Position numbers and translations under genes: made by a program. This document shows positions 45,253 through 64,000 of a stretch of 64,000 nucleotides of DNA, in pieces. The notes beneath the pieces were generated by a model. That model was given only the letters and a program-made list of their open reading frames with translations. It ran no database searches and was not told the DNA's origin. How positions within the stretch are numbered: position 1 is the stretch's first letter; the number at the start of each line of letters is the position of its first letter. This DNA comes from Eledone cirrhosa (taxonomy: Eukaryota). The DNA lies in NCBI GenBank assembly GCA_964016885.1, contig OZ024765.1, positions 22,382,001 to 22,446,000 on the forward strand. Direction: 5' to 3'.

Positions 45253-48200
45253 GTGTGTTAGACCTCTGGTGACTGTGTGTGTGTGTTAGACCTTTGGTGT
45301 CTGTGTCTGTGTGTTAGACCTCTGGTGGCTGTGTGTGTGTTAGACCTCTGGTGTCTGTGTGTGTGTGTTAGACCTCTCGTGGGTTTGTGTTAGACCTCTG
45401 GTGGCTGTGTGTGTGTGTGTGTTAGACCTCTGGTGGCTGTGTGTGTGTGTGTGTGTTAGACCTCTGGTGGCTGTGTGTGTGTGTTAGACCTTTGGTGTCT
45501 GTGTCTGTGTGTTAGACCTCTGGTGGCTGTGTGTGTGTGTTAGACCTCTGGTGGCTGTGTGTGTGTTAGACCTCTGGTGTCTGTGTGTGTGTGTTAGACC
45601 TCTCGTGGGTTTGTGTTAGACCTCTGGTGTCTGTGTGTGTGTGTTAGACCTCTTGTGGCTGTGTGTGTGTTAGGTCTCTGATGACTGTCTGTGTGTTAGA
45701 CCTCTGGTGGCTGCGTGTGTGTGTTAGACCTCTGGTGTATGAATGTGTGTGTGTTAGACCTCTGATGTCTGTGTCTGTGTGTTAGACCTCTGGTGTCTGT
45801 GTGTGTATGTGTTAGACCTCTGGTGGCTGTATGTGTGTGTTAGACCTCTGGTGGCTGTGTGTGTGTGTTAGACCTCTGGTGGCTGTATGTGTGTGTTAGA
45901 CCTCTGGTGTCAGTGTGTGTGTGTTAGACCTCTGGTGGCTGTGTCTGTGTGTGAGACCTCTGGTGTCTGTGTGTGTGTGTTAGACATCTGGTGTCAGTGT
46001 GTGTGTGTTAGACCTCTGATATATTTGTCTGTGTGTGTGTGTTCGACCTCTGGTGGCTGTGTGTGTGTTAGACCTCTGGTGTCTGTGTGTGTGTGTTAGG
46101 CCTCTGATATATTTGTCTGTGTGTGTGTGTTAGACCTCTGGTAGCTGTGTGTGTGTTAGACCTCTGGTGGCTGTGTGTGTGTTAGACCTCTGGTGGCTGT
46201 GTGTGTGTGTGTGTTAGATCTCCGGTGGCTGTGTGTGTGTTAGACCTCTGGTGGCTGTATGTGTGTGTTAGACCTCTGGTGGCTGTTTGTGTGTTAGACC
46301 TCTGGTGTCTGTGTGTGTGTGTTAGACCTCTGGTGGCTATGTGTGTGTTAGACCTCTGGTGGCTGTGTGTGTGTGTGTGTTAGACCTCCGGTGGCTGGGT
46401 GTGTGTTAGACCTCTGGTGGCTGTATGTGTGTGTTAGACCTCTGGTGGCTGTTTGTGTGTTAGACCTCTGGTGTCTGTGTGTGTGTGTTAGACCTCTGGT
46501 GGCTATGTGTGTGTTAGACCTCTGGTGGCTGTGTGTGTGTGTGTGTTAGACCTCCGGTGGCTGTGTGTGTGTTAGACCTCTGGTGGCTGTATGTGTGTGT
46601 TAGACCTCTGGTGGCTGTATGTGTGTGTTAGACCTCTGGTGGCTGTTTGTGTTACACCTCTGGTGACTGTGTGTGTGTGTTAGACCTCAGGTGGCTGTGT
46701 GTGTGTTTGTTAGACCTCTGGTGGCTGTGTGTTAGACCTTTGTTGGATGTGTGTGTGTTAGACATCTGGTGGCTGTGTGTGTGTTAGAACTCTGGTGGCT
46801 GTGTGTGTGTTAGACCTCTGGTGGCTGCGTGTGTGTGTTAGACATCTGGTGGCTGTGTCTGTGTGTTAGACCTCTGGTGTCTGTGTGTGTGTGTGTTAGA
46901 CCTCTGGTGGCTGTGTGTGTGTGTTAGACCTCTGGTAGCTGTGTCTGTGTGTTAGACCTCTGGTGGCTGTGTGTGTGTGTTAGACATCTGGGGGCTGTGT
47001 CTGTGTGTTAGACCTCTGGTGTCTGTGTGTGTGTGTTAGACCTCTGGTAGCTGTGTGTGTGTGTTAGACCTCTGCTGGCTGTCTCTGTGTGTTAGACCTC
47101 TGGTGTCTGTGTGTGTATGTGTTAGACCTCTGGTGGCTGTGTCTGTGTGTTAGACCTCTGGTGGCTGTGTATGTGTGTTAGACATCTGGTGTCAGTGTGT
47201 GTGTGTTAGACCTCTGATATATTTGTCTGTGTGTGTGTGTTAGACCTCTGGTGTCTGTGTGTGTGTGTTAGACCTCTGGTGTCTGTGTGTGTGTGTTAGA
47301 CATCTGGTGTCAGTGTGTGTGTGTTAGACCTCCGGTGGCTGTGTCTGTGTGTGAGACCTCTGGTGTCTGTGTGTGTGTGTTAGACATCTGGTGTCAGTGT
47401 GTGTGTGTTAGACCTCTGATATATTTGTCTGTGTGTGTGTGTTCGACCTCTGGTGGCTGTGTGTGTGTTAGACCTCTGGTGTCTCTGTGTGTGTGTTAGA
47501 CCTCTGATATATTTGTCTGTGTGTGTGTGTTAGACCTCTGGTAGCTGTGTCTGTGTGTTAGACCTCTGGTGGCTGTATGTGTGTGTTAGACCTCTGGTGG
47601 CTGTTTGTGTGTTAGACCTCTGGTGTCTGTGTGTATGTGTTAGACCTCTGGTGGCTATGTGTGTGTTAGACCTCTGGTGGCTGTGTGTGTGTGTGTGTTA
47701 GACCTCCGGTGGCTGTGTGTGTGTTAGACCTCTGGTGGCTGTATGTGTGTGTTAGACCTCTGGTGGCTGTGTGTGTGTTAGAACTCTGGTGGCTGTGTCT
47801 GTGTGTTAGACCACTGGTGGCTGCGTGTGTGTGTTAGACATCTGGTGGCTGTGTCTGTGTGTTAGACCTCTGGTGGCTGTGTGTGTGTGTTAGACCTCTG
47901 GTGTCTGTGTGTGTATGTGTTAGACCTCTGGTGTCTGTGTGTGTATGTGTTAGACCTCTGCTGGCTGTGTCTGTGTGTTAGACCTCTGGTGTCTGTGTGT
48001 GTGTGTGTTAGACCTCTGGTGGCTGTGTGTGTGTGTTAGACCTCTGGTAGCTGTGTCTGTGTGTTAGACATCTGGTGTCTGTGTCTGTGTGTTAGACCTC
48101 TGGTGTCTGTGTGTGTGTGTGTTAGACCTCTGGTGGTTGTGTGTGTGTGTGTTAGCCCTCTGGTAGCTGTGTCTGTGTGTTAGGCCTCTGGTGGCTGTGT

Positions 48201-48985
48201 GTGTGTGTTAGACATCTGGGGGCTGTGTCTGTGTGTTAGACCTCTGGTGTCTGTGTGTGTGTGTTAGACCTCTGGTAGCTGTGTGTGTGTGTTAGACCTC
48301 TGGTAGCTGTGTGTGTGTGTTAGACCTCTGCTGGCTGTCTCTGTGTGTTAGACCTCTGGTGTCTGTGTCTGTGTGTTAGACCTCTGGTGGCTGTGTGTGT
48401 GTGTTAGACCTCTGGTGGCTGTGTCTGTGTGTGAGACCTCTGGTGGCTGTGTGTGTGTGTTAGACCTCTGGTAGCTGTGTGTGTGTGTTAGACCTCTGGT
48501 GGCTGTGTCTGTGTGTGAGACCTCTGGTGGCTGTGTGTGTGTGTTAGACATCTGGTGTCAGTGTGTGTTTTTAGACCTCTGATATATTTGTCTGTGTGTG
48601 TGTGTTAGACCTCTGGTGGCTGTGTGTGTGTGTTAGACCTCTGGTGGCTGTGTGTGTGTTAGACCTCTGGTGTCTGTGTGTGTGTGTTAGACCTCTGATA
48701 TATTTGTCTGTGTGTGTGTGTTAGACCTCTGGTAGCTGTGTGTGTGTGTTAGACCTCTGGTGGCTGTGTGTGTGTGTTAGACCTCTGGTGGCTGTGTGTG
48801 TGTTAGACCTCTGGTGGCTGTATGTGTGTGTTAGACCTCTGGTGGCTGTATGTGTGTGTTAGACCTCTGGTGGCTGTATGTGTGTGTTAGACCTCTGGTG
48901 GCTGTATGTGTGTGTTAGACCTCTGGTGGCTGTATGTGTGTGTTAGACCTCTGGTGTCTGTGTGTGTGTGTTAGACATCTGGTTA
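45253..48985. repeat. ~30-bp minisatellite GTTAGACCTCTGGTGGCT(GT)n
   Basis: Direct inspection. Confidence 0.95.
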
Positions 48986-48995
48986 GACAACTAAC

Positions 48996-49043
<48 letters not shown>

Positions 49044-49058
49044 TAGACTGCTAACAAC

Positions 49059-55143
<6,085 letters not shown>

Positions 55144-55175
55144 ATATACACACACACACATATATATATATATAC

Positions 55176-55248
<73 letters not shown>

Positions 55249-55260
55249 TGCACATATATA

Positions 55261-55301
<41 letters not shown>

Positions 55302-55319
55302 TCTATATATAGAGAGACA

Positions 55320-55545
55320 ATATGCCCCCACACCCTCCCACTGCAAGGTGGTCGTGGAGGTGCCACAGCAAAAAAGCACCCAGTACTCACTGTAAATGAG
55401 GTTGGTGTTAGGAAGGGCATCCAGCTGTAGAATCAGTTCCTGTATGAACAAGACAAGGTCAGCCGACTGGACACTACAGACAACAGGACAACCCGTCTAA
55501 CCCATGCTAGCGTAGAAGACGTAAAACGGTAATGATGATGATGAT
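55320..55545 (+). mobile_element. SINE/RTE 3'-tail repeat
   Basis: Matches 61470-61762. Confidence 0.75.
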
Positions 55546-55980
55546 ATTTATTATATATATATATGTCCCACCCTTGCAAGCATGTAAAATGATGATGATG
55601 ATGATGATATTGTATTTGTATATATATATGTATACATGTGTGTGTATATATATATGTGTATTTATATATATATATATATATATGTGTGTATGTGTATATA
55701 TATATGTGTATATATATATATGTGTATATATATATGTGTGTGTGTATATATATATATGTGTATATATATGTGTCTGTATATATGTGTATATATATATATA
55801 TGTGTATATATATATATGTGCCTGTATATATGTGTATATATATATATATGTGTGTATATATTAATTCAAAATATTAACAAAAATAGACACTCTTTCTTTG
55901 ATTTATTCATTGAAACTTGTTTAACCTTTAAATATGTGTGTATATATATAGGTGTATATATATATATATATCTGTGTGTG

Positions 55981-56500
55981 TCATCATCATCATCATCATC
56001 GTTTAACGTCCATGTTCCACGCTTGCATGGGTTTGGACGGGAGTTTTCCCACTTGAGGCAAGAGTGGTTGTCTTGCTCGCATAGGACTGTCTGGCGGGTT
56101 TTCTACGGCTGGATGCCCTTCCTAACACCAACCACGTTTACAGTGTGGGGCTGGGAGGTTTTTACCGTGTTGCCTACACGGCCACATTACAGCGTGGACT
56201 GTCTGGCGGGTTTTCTACAGCTGGATGCCCTTCCTAACACCAAGCACATTTACAGTGTGGGGCTGGGAGGTTTTTACCGTGTTGCCTACACGGCCACATT
56301 ACAGCGTGGACTGTCTGGCGGGTTTTCTACGGCTGGATGCCCTTCCTAACACCAACCACATTTACAGTGTGGGACTGGGAGGTTTTTACCGTGTTGCCTA
56401 CACGGTCACATTACAGCGTGGACTGTGTGTTTTTTGTCGTGACACCTACATGATCTCATTTGTTTCGGCCTGGATTTTGTGGCACCAACATAACTTTACA
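55981..56500 (-). mobile_element. SINE/RTE 3'-tail repeat with an internal ~119-bp segment triplicated
   Basis: ctggatgcccttcctaacacc...acagcgtggactgt occurs three times; homologous to 41930-42228. Confidence 0.75.
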
Positions 56501-56940
56501 TGTGTATATGTGTATATGTGTATATGTGTATATATATATATATATTGGAAGGCACTCCACCGGTTGCAACAGTGAGTTCTCCAGTCGATCCGATCAACAA
56601 AACAGCCTGCTCGTGAAATTAACAGACAAGTGGCAAAAAAACACTTTATTGGATGGCCGTTGACTCTCCTTAGGTCACACTGATATAAAACCTGCGACTT
56701 TGTTTCCATCCAATGATGTAGACCAGTTCTACCTTTTGAATAAATGCATTCGATGTCCAGAAAGTGGGATTGGCACTGTGAAAAGCCTTTCCTCACTTAA
56801 CCCTTTAATGTTCAAACTGGCCAAAACCAGCCAGAATTCTCTCACCTCTTTCTGTTCAAACAGGCTGTAACTGGTCACTCAAACCGATATTAAGGTATTG
56901 TTCTCAAAGTAAATACTGTCAAAATCTCAGAGATTCGATA

Positions 56941-57999
56941 TTATGTGAGATATTATGTGAGATAAAGCCTTTACTGTGAAAATACAATAGTATATATAGA
57001 GTAATGTAAATGTTATGTGAGATATTATGTGAGGTAAAGCCTTTACTGTGAAAATACAATAGTATATATAGAGTAATGTAAATGTTATGTGAGATATTAT
57101 GTGAGGTAAAGACTTTACTGTGAAAATACAATAGTATATATAGAGTAATGTAAATGTTATGTGAGATATTATGTGAGGTAAAGACTTTACTGTGAAAATA
57201 CAATAGTATATATAGAGTAATGTAAATGTTATGTGAGATATTATGTGAGGTAAAGCCTTTACTGTGAAAATACAATAGTATATATAGAGTAATGTAAATG
57301 TTATGTGAGGTATTTTGTGAGGTAAAGACTTTACTGTGAAAATACAATAGTATATATAGAGTAATTTAAATGCTATGTGAGATATTATGTGAGGTAAAGC
57401 CTTTACTGTGAAAATACAATAGTATATATAGAGTAATGTAAATGTTATGTGAGATATTATGTGAGGTAAAGACTTTACTGTGAACATACAATAGTGTATA
57501 TAGAGTAATGTAAATGTTATGTGAGATTATGTGAGGTAAAGTCTTTACTGTGAACATACAATAGTATATATAGAGTAATGTAAATGTTATGTGAGGTAAA
57601 GCCTTTACTGTGAAAATACAATAGTATATATAGAGTAATGTAAACGTTATGTGAGATATTATGTGAGGTAAAGACTTTACTGTGAACATACAATAGTATA
57701 TATAGAGTAATGTAAATGTTATGTGAGATATTATGTGAGGTAAAGCCTTTATTGTGAAAATACAATAGTATATATAGAGTAATGTAAATGTTATGTGAGA
57801 TATTATGTGAGGTAAAGCCTTTACTGTGAAAATACAATAGTATATATAGAGTAATGTAAATGTTATGTGAGATATTATGTGAGGTAAAGCCTTTACTGTG
57901 AAAATACAATAGTATATATAGAGTAATGTAAATGTTATGTGAGATATTATGTGAGGTAAAGCCTTTACTGTGAAAATACAATAGTATATATAGAGTAAT
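56941..57999. repeat. 72-bp minisatellite (~15 copies)
   Basis: Unit TTATGTGAGATATTATGTGAGGTAAAGCCTTTACTGTGAAAATACAATAGTATATATAGAGTAATGTAAATG; it explains the 24-aa periodic ORFs. Confidence 0.95.
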
Positions 58000-58556
58000 G
58001 CCTGCCATAGAGTAAAGCCTGCCATACTTTCCAAGCTTGCTTTTTGGCCTTGATTGACTCCTCCACCTTACTGTTCCACCACCACGTTACTCTCCTCCTG
58101 CCTATAGGTCTGCTCCAGCCACAGATTTCATCTGTCGCCTTCAGCAGATTAACTTTCAAGAATTGCCACTGTCCCTCTATATTGCACGACTCTAATTGCT
58201 CTTCCTTACTGTCAAAAGCATCAAGTAATATGCTTTTAAATTTGTTACTGGCTGTGGGGTCCTTTAACTTCATATTCTTCTTCTCAGAGTAGTCCTCCTC
58301 TGTTATCAAGTATGTCTTGTCCTGACTATGAGGCTATGTTGGGAGGTGCATTCTTCATGGGGGAGGGATTTAGTGTTTACAACAGACTCTGTCACGTCTT
58401 CTGGTAAGGATATAATCTATCTGACTGGCGTGTTCCCCTGATCTGTAGGTGATCAAGTGATTGTCTCGTTTTTTGAAGTTTGTGTTACAGATAGGTTATT
58501 AGCGTCACAGAATTCCAGGATTCTGAAGCCTTCCTCATTTCTAGTACCAAACCCAT
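58000..58556 (-). mobile_element. RTE LINE AP-endonuclease fragment (degraded)
   Basis: Reverse translation gives GFGTRNEEGFRILEFCDANNLS.TNFKKRDNHLITYRSGEHASQIDYIL and W..LK..LLKATDEICG...TWWWN..VEESIK.KK.AWK.W. Confidence 0.8.
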
Positions 58557-58734
58557 TATATATATATATATATGAATGAGGTGAGTAATATTGTAGAACA
58601 ATAAAAATTTGCATATATCACATAAGTGGAACTTTTTTAACCATCTTTTAATTTCTTCTTTATATATATATATACAATATATTGAAAAGGTAACACACTA
58701 GAGATAGATAGTGCGCCATCATATATATATGTGT

Positions 58735-58768
<34 letters not shown>

Positions 58769-58996
58769 GTATATATATATGTATATATATATGTATGTAT
58801 ATATATATATATAGTAATAATAATAAATTTGAAGACTAAAATCCAAAGATGGCTCGATAAGGATAAATATATATCAAATATATAAGAACCGTTAATCTAT
58901 TATTTTAATATATATATATATGTATATATATATATGTATATATATGTATACATATGTATATATATATGTATATATATGTATATATATATATGTAAA

Positions 58997-59073
<77 letters not shown>

Positions 59074-59187
59074 CAGTCCTATGCGAGCAAGACAATCACT
59101 CTTGCCTCAAGTGAGACTACCCCCGTCCAAACCCATGCAAGCGTGGAACACGGACGTTAAATGTTGATGATGATGATGATGATGATA

Positions 59188-59278
<91 letters not shown>

Positions 59279-59283
59279 GTATA

Positions 59284-59325
<42 letters not shown>

Positions 59326-59330
<5 letters not shown>

Positions 59331-59842
59331 CTGTATTCCAATGTTACTAAGTAGTCGCATTGGATGGAGTCAACCGACGTCGGAGATTGCTCAACGTATA
59401 ATAAAGTGTGTTTTAAAATCCGGAGAAAATATGAAGAAGAAGTTTATGAAACGGAAATGCGGGTATAAAGAATTTATTAGGTAACAATTGTTTCTATAGT
59501 GTATGGGTTACCTATACCTCGCTATTTGTATAATATAAAAATATTATCATAAATCGTAGGTACACTGTAAGAAAACACACCATGTCGTCAGACCTTTGTG
59601 GTAGAATGATATGAAAATATTTTATACACTAGATATATCTAGTGCATAAAATATTTTCATATCATTCTACCACAAAGGTCTGACGACATGGTGTGTTTTC
59701 TTACAGTGTACCTACGATTTATGATAATATTTTTATATTATACAAATAGCGAGCTATAGGTAACCCATACACTATAGAAACAATTGTTACCTAATAAATT
59801 CTTTATACCCGCATTTCCGTTTCATAAACTTCTTCTTCATAT
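59326..59842. mobile_element. Hammerhead palindrome element 5; inverted repeat 59429-59842 with zero-length loop
   Basis: Centre ...cactagata|tatctagtg... at 59635/59636; (TA)n flanks on both sides. Confidence 0.88.
59676..59792 (+). ncRNA. Type-I hammerhead with very long stem II (mirror copy 59479-59595 on -)
   Basis: aggt-CTGACGA-catggtgt...(~90 nt)...acactata-GAAA-caattg-TT-acct, with palindromic CAATTG and a GUU triplet; AATAAA follows. Confidence 0.7.
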
Positions 59843-59875
59843 ATATATATATATATATACATATGTATACATTAA

Positions 59876-59942
<67 letters not shown>

Positions 59943-60060
59943 GTATACATTAATGTACATATATATATATATATATATATATACATATGTATACATTAAT
60001 GTACATATATATATATATACATATGTATACATTAATGTACATATATATATATATATATAT

Positions 60061-60243
60061 GAGCAAACATCACGGACGCTCTATCTCAAAATTATTTTTG
60101 AAAAGCATTAGAAATGCGCAACCGGTAAAACTTAAAACCAAAACTGAATACTAACCAATACTATTACTAATTCTCACTTATTCCTAATTAAACTATTTTT
60201 CACTGTGAACAATTTGTCAGCATTTTCTTTTCCGTTTACCAGT
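60061..60243 (-). repeat. Dispersed repeat homologous to the spacer of the 1505-1982 inverted repeat
   Basis: Its reverse complement aligns with ~1667-1858. Confidence 0.8.
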
Positions 60244-60280
60244 ATATATATATATACATATGTATACATTAATGTACATA

Positions 60281-60331
<51 letters not shown>

Positions 60332-60433
60332 GCATACACATATATAATGACTGCGACTCAATTTTGACTAATGCCATCACTTAATACTTAACAATGATAT
60401 ACATATATATATGTATATATATATATGTATATA

Positions 60434-60473
<40 letters not shown>

Positions 60474-60531
60474 GGTAGAACTAGAGAATCTATGGTAGAA
60501 CTAGAGAATCTATGGTAGAACTAGAGAATCT

Positions 60532-61461
60532 ATGGTAGAACTAGAGAATAAATTCCAAACCTGGAAGCAGGGACTAGAGAGAAAGGGCCTCAAAGTCAAC
60601 ATGACAAAGACTAAGGTCCTTATAAGTAGACGAGAAAACAGAACCCAGATCCCCTCAGGGAAATGGCCTTGCTCAGTATGTAGGAAAGGTGTAGGTAGGA
60701 ACTCCATTCTTTGCCCCAAATGCAAACAATGGGTACACAAGAGATGTAGCGGGATCTCAGGAAGCTTAATTAAGAATGTAGGATTCACATGCAGCAGCTG
60801 TGCTGAAACAGCAAGCAAACAGCCACAGGAAACAAGTACCACCAATCTCTGGGAGGGCCCTGTAGAAACAGTAGACAGCTTCTGCTACCTAGGTGACCGA
60901 ATTAGCAACGGAGGTGGGTGCTCAGAAAGTACAATAACTAGGGTAAGAACGGGATGGAAGAAGTTTAGGGAACTACTACCACTGCTAGCTGCAAAAGGCT
61001 TCTCCCTCAGAATGAAAGGCAGACTGTATGATGCGTGTATCCGAACAGCGATGTTGCATGGTAGTGAGACCTGGGCGCTGAAGGTGGAAGACCTACGTAG
61101 ATTAGAGAGAAACGAAGCCTGCATGCTCCGATGGATGTGTAACAGTAATATACGTGAACGACAAAGCATAAATGAATTGAGAGAGAGACTGAGCATAAGA
61201 GGAATCAAATGCTGCGTGCAGGAGAGGCGGTTACGCTGGTATGGACATGTGATGCGTATGAAGGATGACAGCTGCATAAAAAGGTGCAGAGCACTAGAAG
61301 TTGATGGAAACCGCGGAGTGGGGAGACCCAAGATGACTTGGGATGAGGTGATAAAAGCCGACCTTACCCAACTACACCTCTCAAAGTCAATGACACACGA
61401 CCGTGACTTCTGGCGTCACGCAGTAATACAGGGTACCCGACCTCCCATGGGTACATGCTGA
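60532..61461 (+). CDS. RTE-clade LINE ORF, 5'-truncated (RT C-terminus with Cys-rich insertion)
   Basis: GLKVNMTKTK, WPCSVCRKGVGRNSILCPKCKQWVHKRCS..C..C, FCYLGD, LHGSETW, RLRWYGHVMRM and GRPKMTW; uninterrupted to the stop. The 3' UTR (61462-61762) ends in (GAT)n. Confidence 0.9.
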   Translation: MVELENKFQTWKQGLERKGLKVNMTKTKVLISRRENRTQIPSGKWPCSVCRKGVGRNSILCPKCKQWVHKRCSGISGSLIKNVGFTCSSCAETASKQPQETSTTNLWEGPVETVDSFCYLGDRISNGGGCSESTITRVRTGWKKFRELLPLLAAKGFSLRMKGRLYDACIRTAMLHGSETWALKVEDLRRLERNEACMLRWMCNSNIRERQSINELRERLSIRGIKCCVQERRLRWYGHVMRMKDDSCIKRCRALEVDGNRGVGRPKMTWDEVIKADLTQLHLSKSMTHDRDFWRHAVIQGTRPPMGTC

Positions 61462-62006
61462 AGCATATAAACAATATGCCCCCCCCCCCCCCACCGCAAG
61501 GTGGTCGTGGAGGTGCCACGGCAAAAAAGCACCCAGCCCACACTGTAAAGTGGACGTGTAGGCGCCACGAAAAAGCACCCAGCACTCACTGTAAATGAGG
61601 TTGGTGTTAGGAAGGGCATCCAGCTGTAGAAATCAAGCCAGATCAGTTCCTGTATGAGCAAGGCATGGTCAGCCGACCAGACACTGCCCACAACAGGACA
61701 ACCCGTCTAACCCATGCTAGCGTGGAAGAACGGACGTAAAACGGTGATGATGATGATGATGATATATACATATATGTCTCTGTCTCTGTGTATATATATA
61801 TATATATACATATATGTCTGTGTGTGTGTATATATATATATATATATACATATATGTCTGTGTGTGTATATATATATATATATATATACATATATGTCTG
61901 TGTGTGTATATATATATATACATATATGTCTGTGTGTGTATATATATATATATATATATACATATATGTCTGTGTGTGTGTATATATATATACATATATG
62001 TCTGTG

Positions 62007-62037
<31 letters not shown>

Positions 62038-62044
62038 GTCTGTG

Positions 62045-62075
<31 letters not shown>

Positions 62076-62082
62076 GTCTGTG

Positions 62083-62113
<31 letters not shown>

Positions 62114-63200
62114 GTCTGTGTGTGTGTATATATATATATATATATACACATATATATGTGTTAGTGTGTGTATATATGATTGTCATGAGAGAGAGGAGAG
62201 GAGAGGAAGAGAGTCAACTGAAATCAATAAATAAATAAATGATGTTTGTTTTTGATGAAATGTCGCGAAAAGGTGAAATGATGGAAGGAGACGTGGGTGG
62301 GGTGGGGGTAGTGGGGGGGAAGTCGTCATAGTGAAAGTAATAGGGGCGGAGGTGTAGAAGATAGTGAGGTGAGGGTGCAGGTAATGAGGTGGGGCTGGGG
62401 GGAGGGTGAGGGTGCAGGTAATGAGGTGGGGCTGGGGGGAGGGTGAAGGTAGCGAGGGAGAGGTGTAGGGAAGATAGATTTACTACATACCCACCTCCCA
62501 AGCAACTACCCTAAAAGGAAAGTAGAATTTGAAAAAGAATCTGGTCCCCCCCCCCCCTGCACTCTCCTCCCCACATACCTCTCCCTCCTACCCCAAACCC
62601 TGCCTGCCCCTCCTAATTCCTTAACATTAAAACAAAAGCCAGTAAGAATTTCTTAGATAGAACTAATAAATAAACATTTGTCCCGATCCTGTCCCCCAAT
62701 AGCCCCCAACTCCTCACCCAATCCCCCTTACTAACACCAACACTAACCCCCCCCCGCACTAACACTCCCCTCCCCCAACCCAACACCCCAACCGTGCTCC
62801 TCTCACCCCCAACCATGCCCCCCTCATCCCCCAACCATGCCCCCCTCACCCCCAATCATACCCCCCTCACCCCCCAACCCCACACCAACACCCACCAGCT
62901 GCCGCTACCCCCACCAGAAAATAACCGTAAAAAAACAACCACCACCAACAACAACAACACCCCACTCCCCCGCCCGAGATAGATCCAGAAATATCTTGTA
63001 GGGTCAAAGGAGAACTGCCACACCTCCCAACCTCCAACAGATTGGTCAGATAGAATCGAAGATGGCGTCTGATTAATTGAAGCAGATTGGTCAACGCTAA
63101 GATTAGTCTCTTATGATTAATTGGATGTGATCATAAAACTGTGAGTACCAAAGAAAGCATATGTTTGGCTGCTTAGCTGCCATGTATTTTGAGCAATATA

Positions 63201-63263
<63 letters not shown>

Positions 63264-63294
63264 GTGAATATATATATATATAGAGAGAGAGAGA

Positions 63295-63823
63295 TTTTGA
63301 GTATATGTTGGTTGTATACCAACACCTCAGTATGCATATTGAAGCACTCGACGAAGTGCGCAGGTTGGTTTGGTTTCTCCGGAGTAATGTAAAATAAAGT
63401 AAGATAAATAAGTCAAATGTTTAAAATTTAGCTTCGTTTATTACTGCTATATATATTTCGGTGACAGCCATCTTTGGCTGTGACCTCTTCAGGCAGTCCG
63501 AATTAGTGTGGTATAGACAAGTACATATGTTGTTGAGGTGTATAATATTGTCAATACTCTGATATACCCAGTTCCTGGTTGGGTTGTTATTTCACTGAGG
63601 AACTGGAATCATATGAATCATGTGAAATAACAACCCAACAAGGAACTGGGCATATCAGAGTATTGACAATATTATACACCTCAACAACATATGTACTTGT
63701 CTATACCATACTAATTCGGACTGCCTGAAGAGGTCACAGCCAAAGATGGCTGTCACCGAAATATATATAGCAGTAATAAACGAAGCTAAATTTTAAACAT
63801 TTGACTTATTTATTTTACTTTAT

Positions 63824-63830
<7 letters not shown>
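63295..63830. mobile_element. Hammerhead palindrome element 6; inverted repeat 63391-63826
   Basis: Arms 63391-63595 / 63622-63826, flanked by (TA)n/(GA)n on the left and (TA)n on the right. Confidence 0.9.
63720..63774 (+). ncRNA. Minimal type-I hammerhead ribozyme (mirror copy 63443-63497 on -)
   Basis: actgc-CTGAAGA-ggtcacagcca aaga tggctgtcacc-GAAA-tatata-TA-gcagt. Stem I is a perfect 5 bp, and AATAAA follows immediately. Confidence 0.9.
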
Positions 63831-63875
<45 letters not shown>

Positions 63876-64000
63876 GTATATATATATATTAGAAAGTAAG
63901 GTTTTTTTACAAAATGAAAAATAACCGAGGTGTCCTACACGAGTGAAAGTATAAAGAAAAAAAGATGAAATCGAAAATGCAACTGGAGTCTTATGTTTAA

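Noticed and set aside
56919-58034. 24-aa periodic ORFs
   Set aside because: By-product of the 72-bp minisatellite.

Overview
This is AT-rich, microsatellite-saturated animal genomic DNA. The SINE and RTE repeat families look like those of octopod cephalopods (inference). Almost all ORFs in the supplied track are artefacts of simple repeats. Real coding content is limited to the terminal exon of a divergent cyclooxygenase (PTGS/COX)-like gene (543-931, +), a 5'-truncated but uninterrupted Penelope-like element (PLE) ORF with RT and GIY-YIG domains (43631-45247, -), several RTE-clade LINE fragments and a decayed mariner. The window also has two non-autonomous Helitrons, tRNA-derived SINEs, a 15-kb GT-rich satellite with higher-order structure, 28/65/72/81-bp minisatellites and a ~3-kb tandem duplication. 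The main hidden system is a dense set of short non-coding elements that carry minimal type-I hammerhead ribozyme motifs (CUGANGA...GAAA...UH) and sit in or next to TA-repeat runs. Six of them are near-perfect 200-440 bp head-to-head palindromes with one outward-facing hammerhead per arm. Four more hammerhead motifs occur as single copies, one of them just downstream of the PLE ORF. That makes about 16 motifs from about 7 sequence families in 64 kb. The best reading is PLE pseudo-LTR-derived, TA-targeted ribozyme palindromes.
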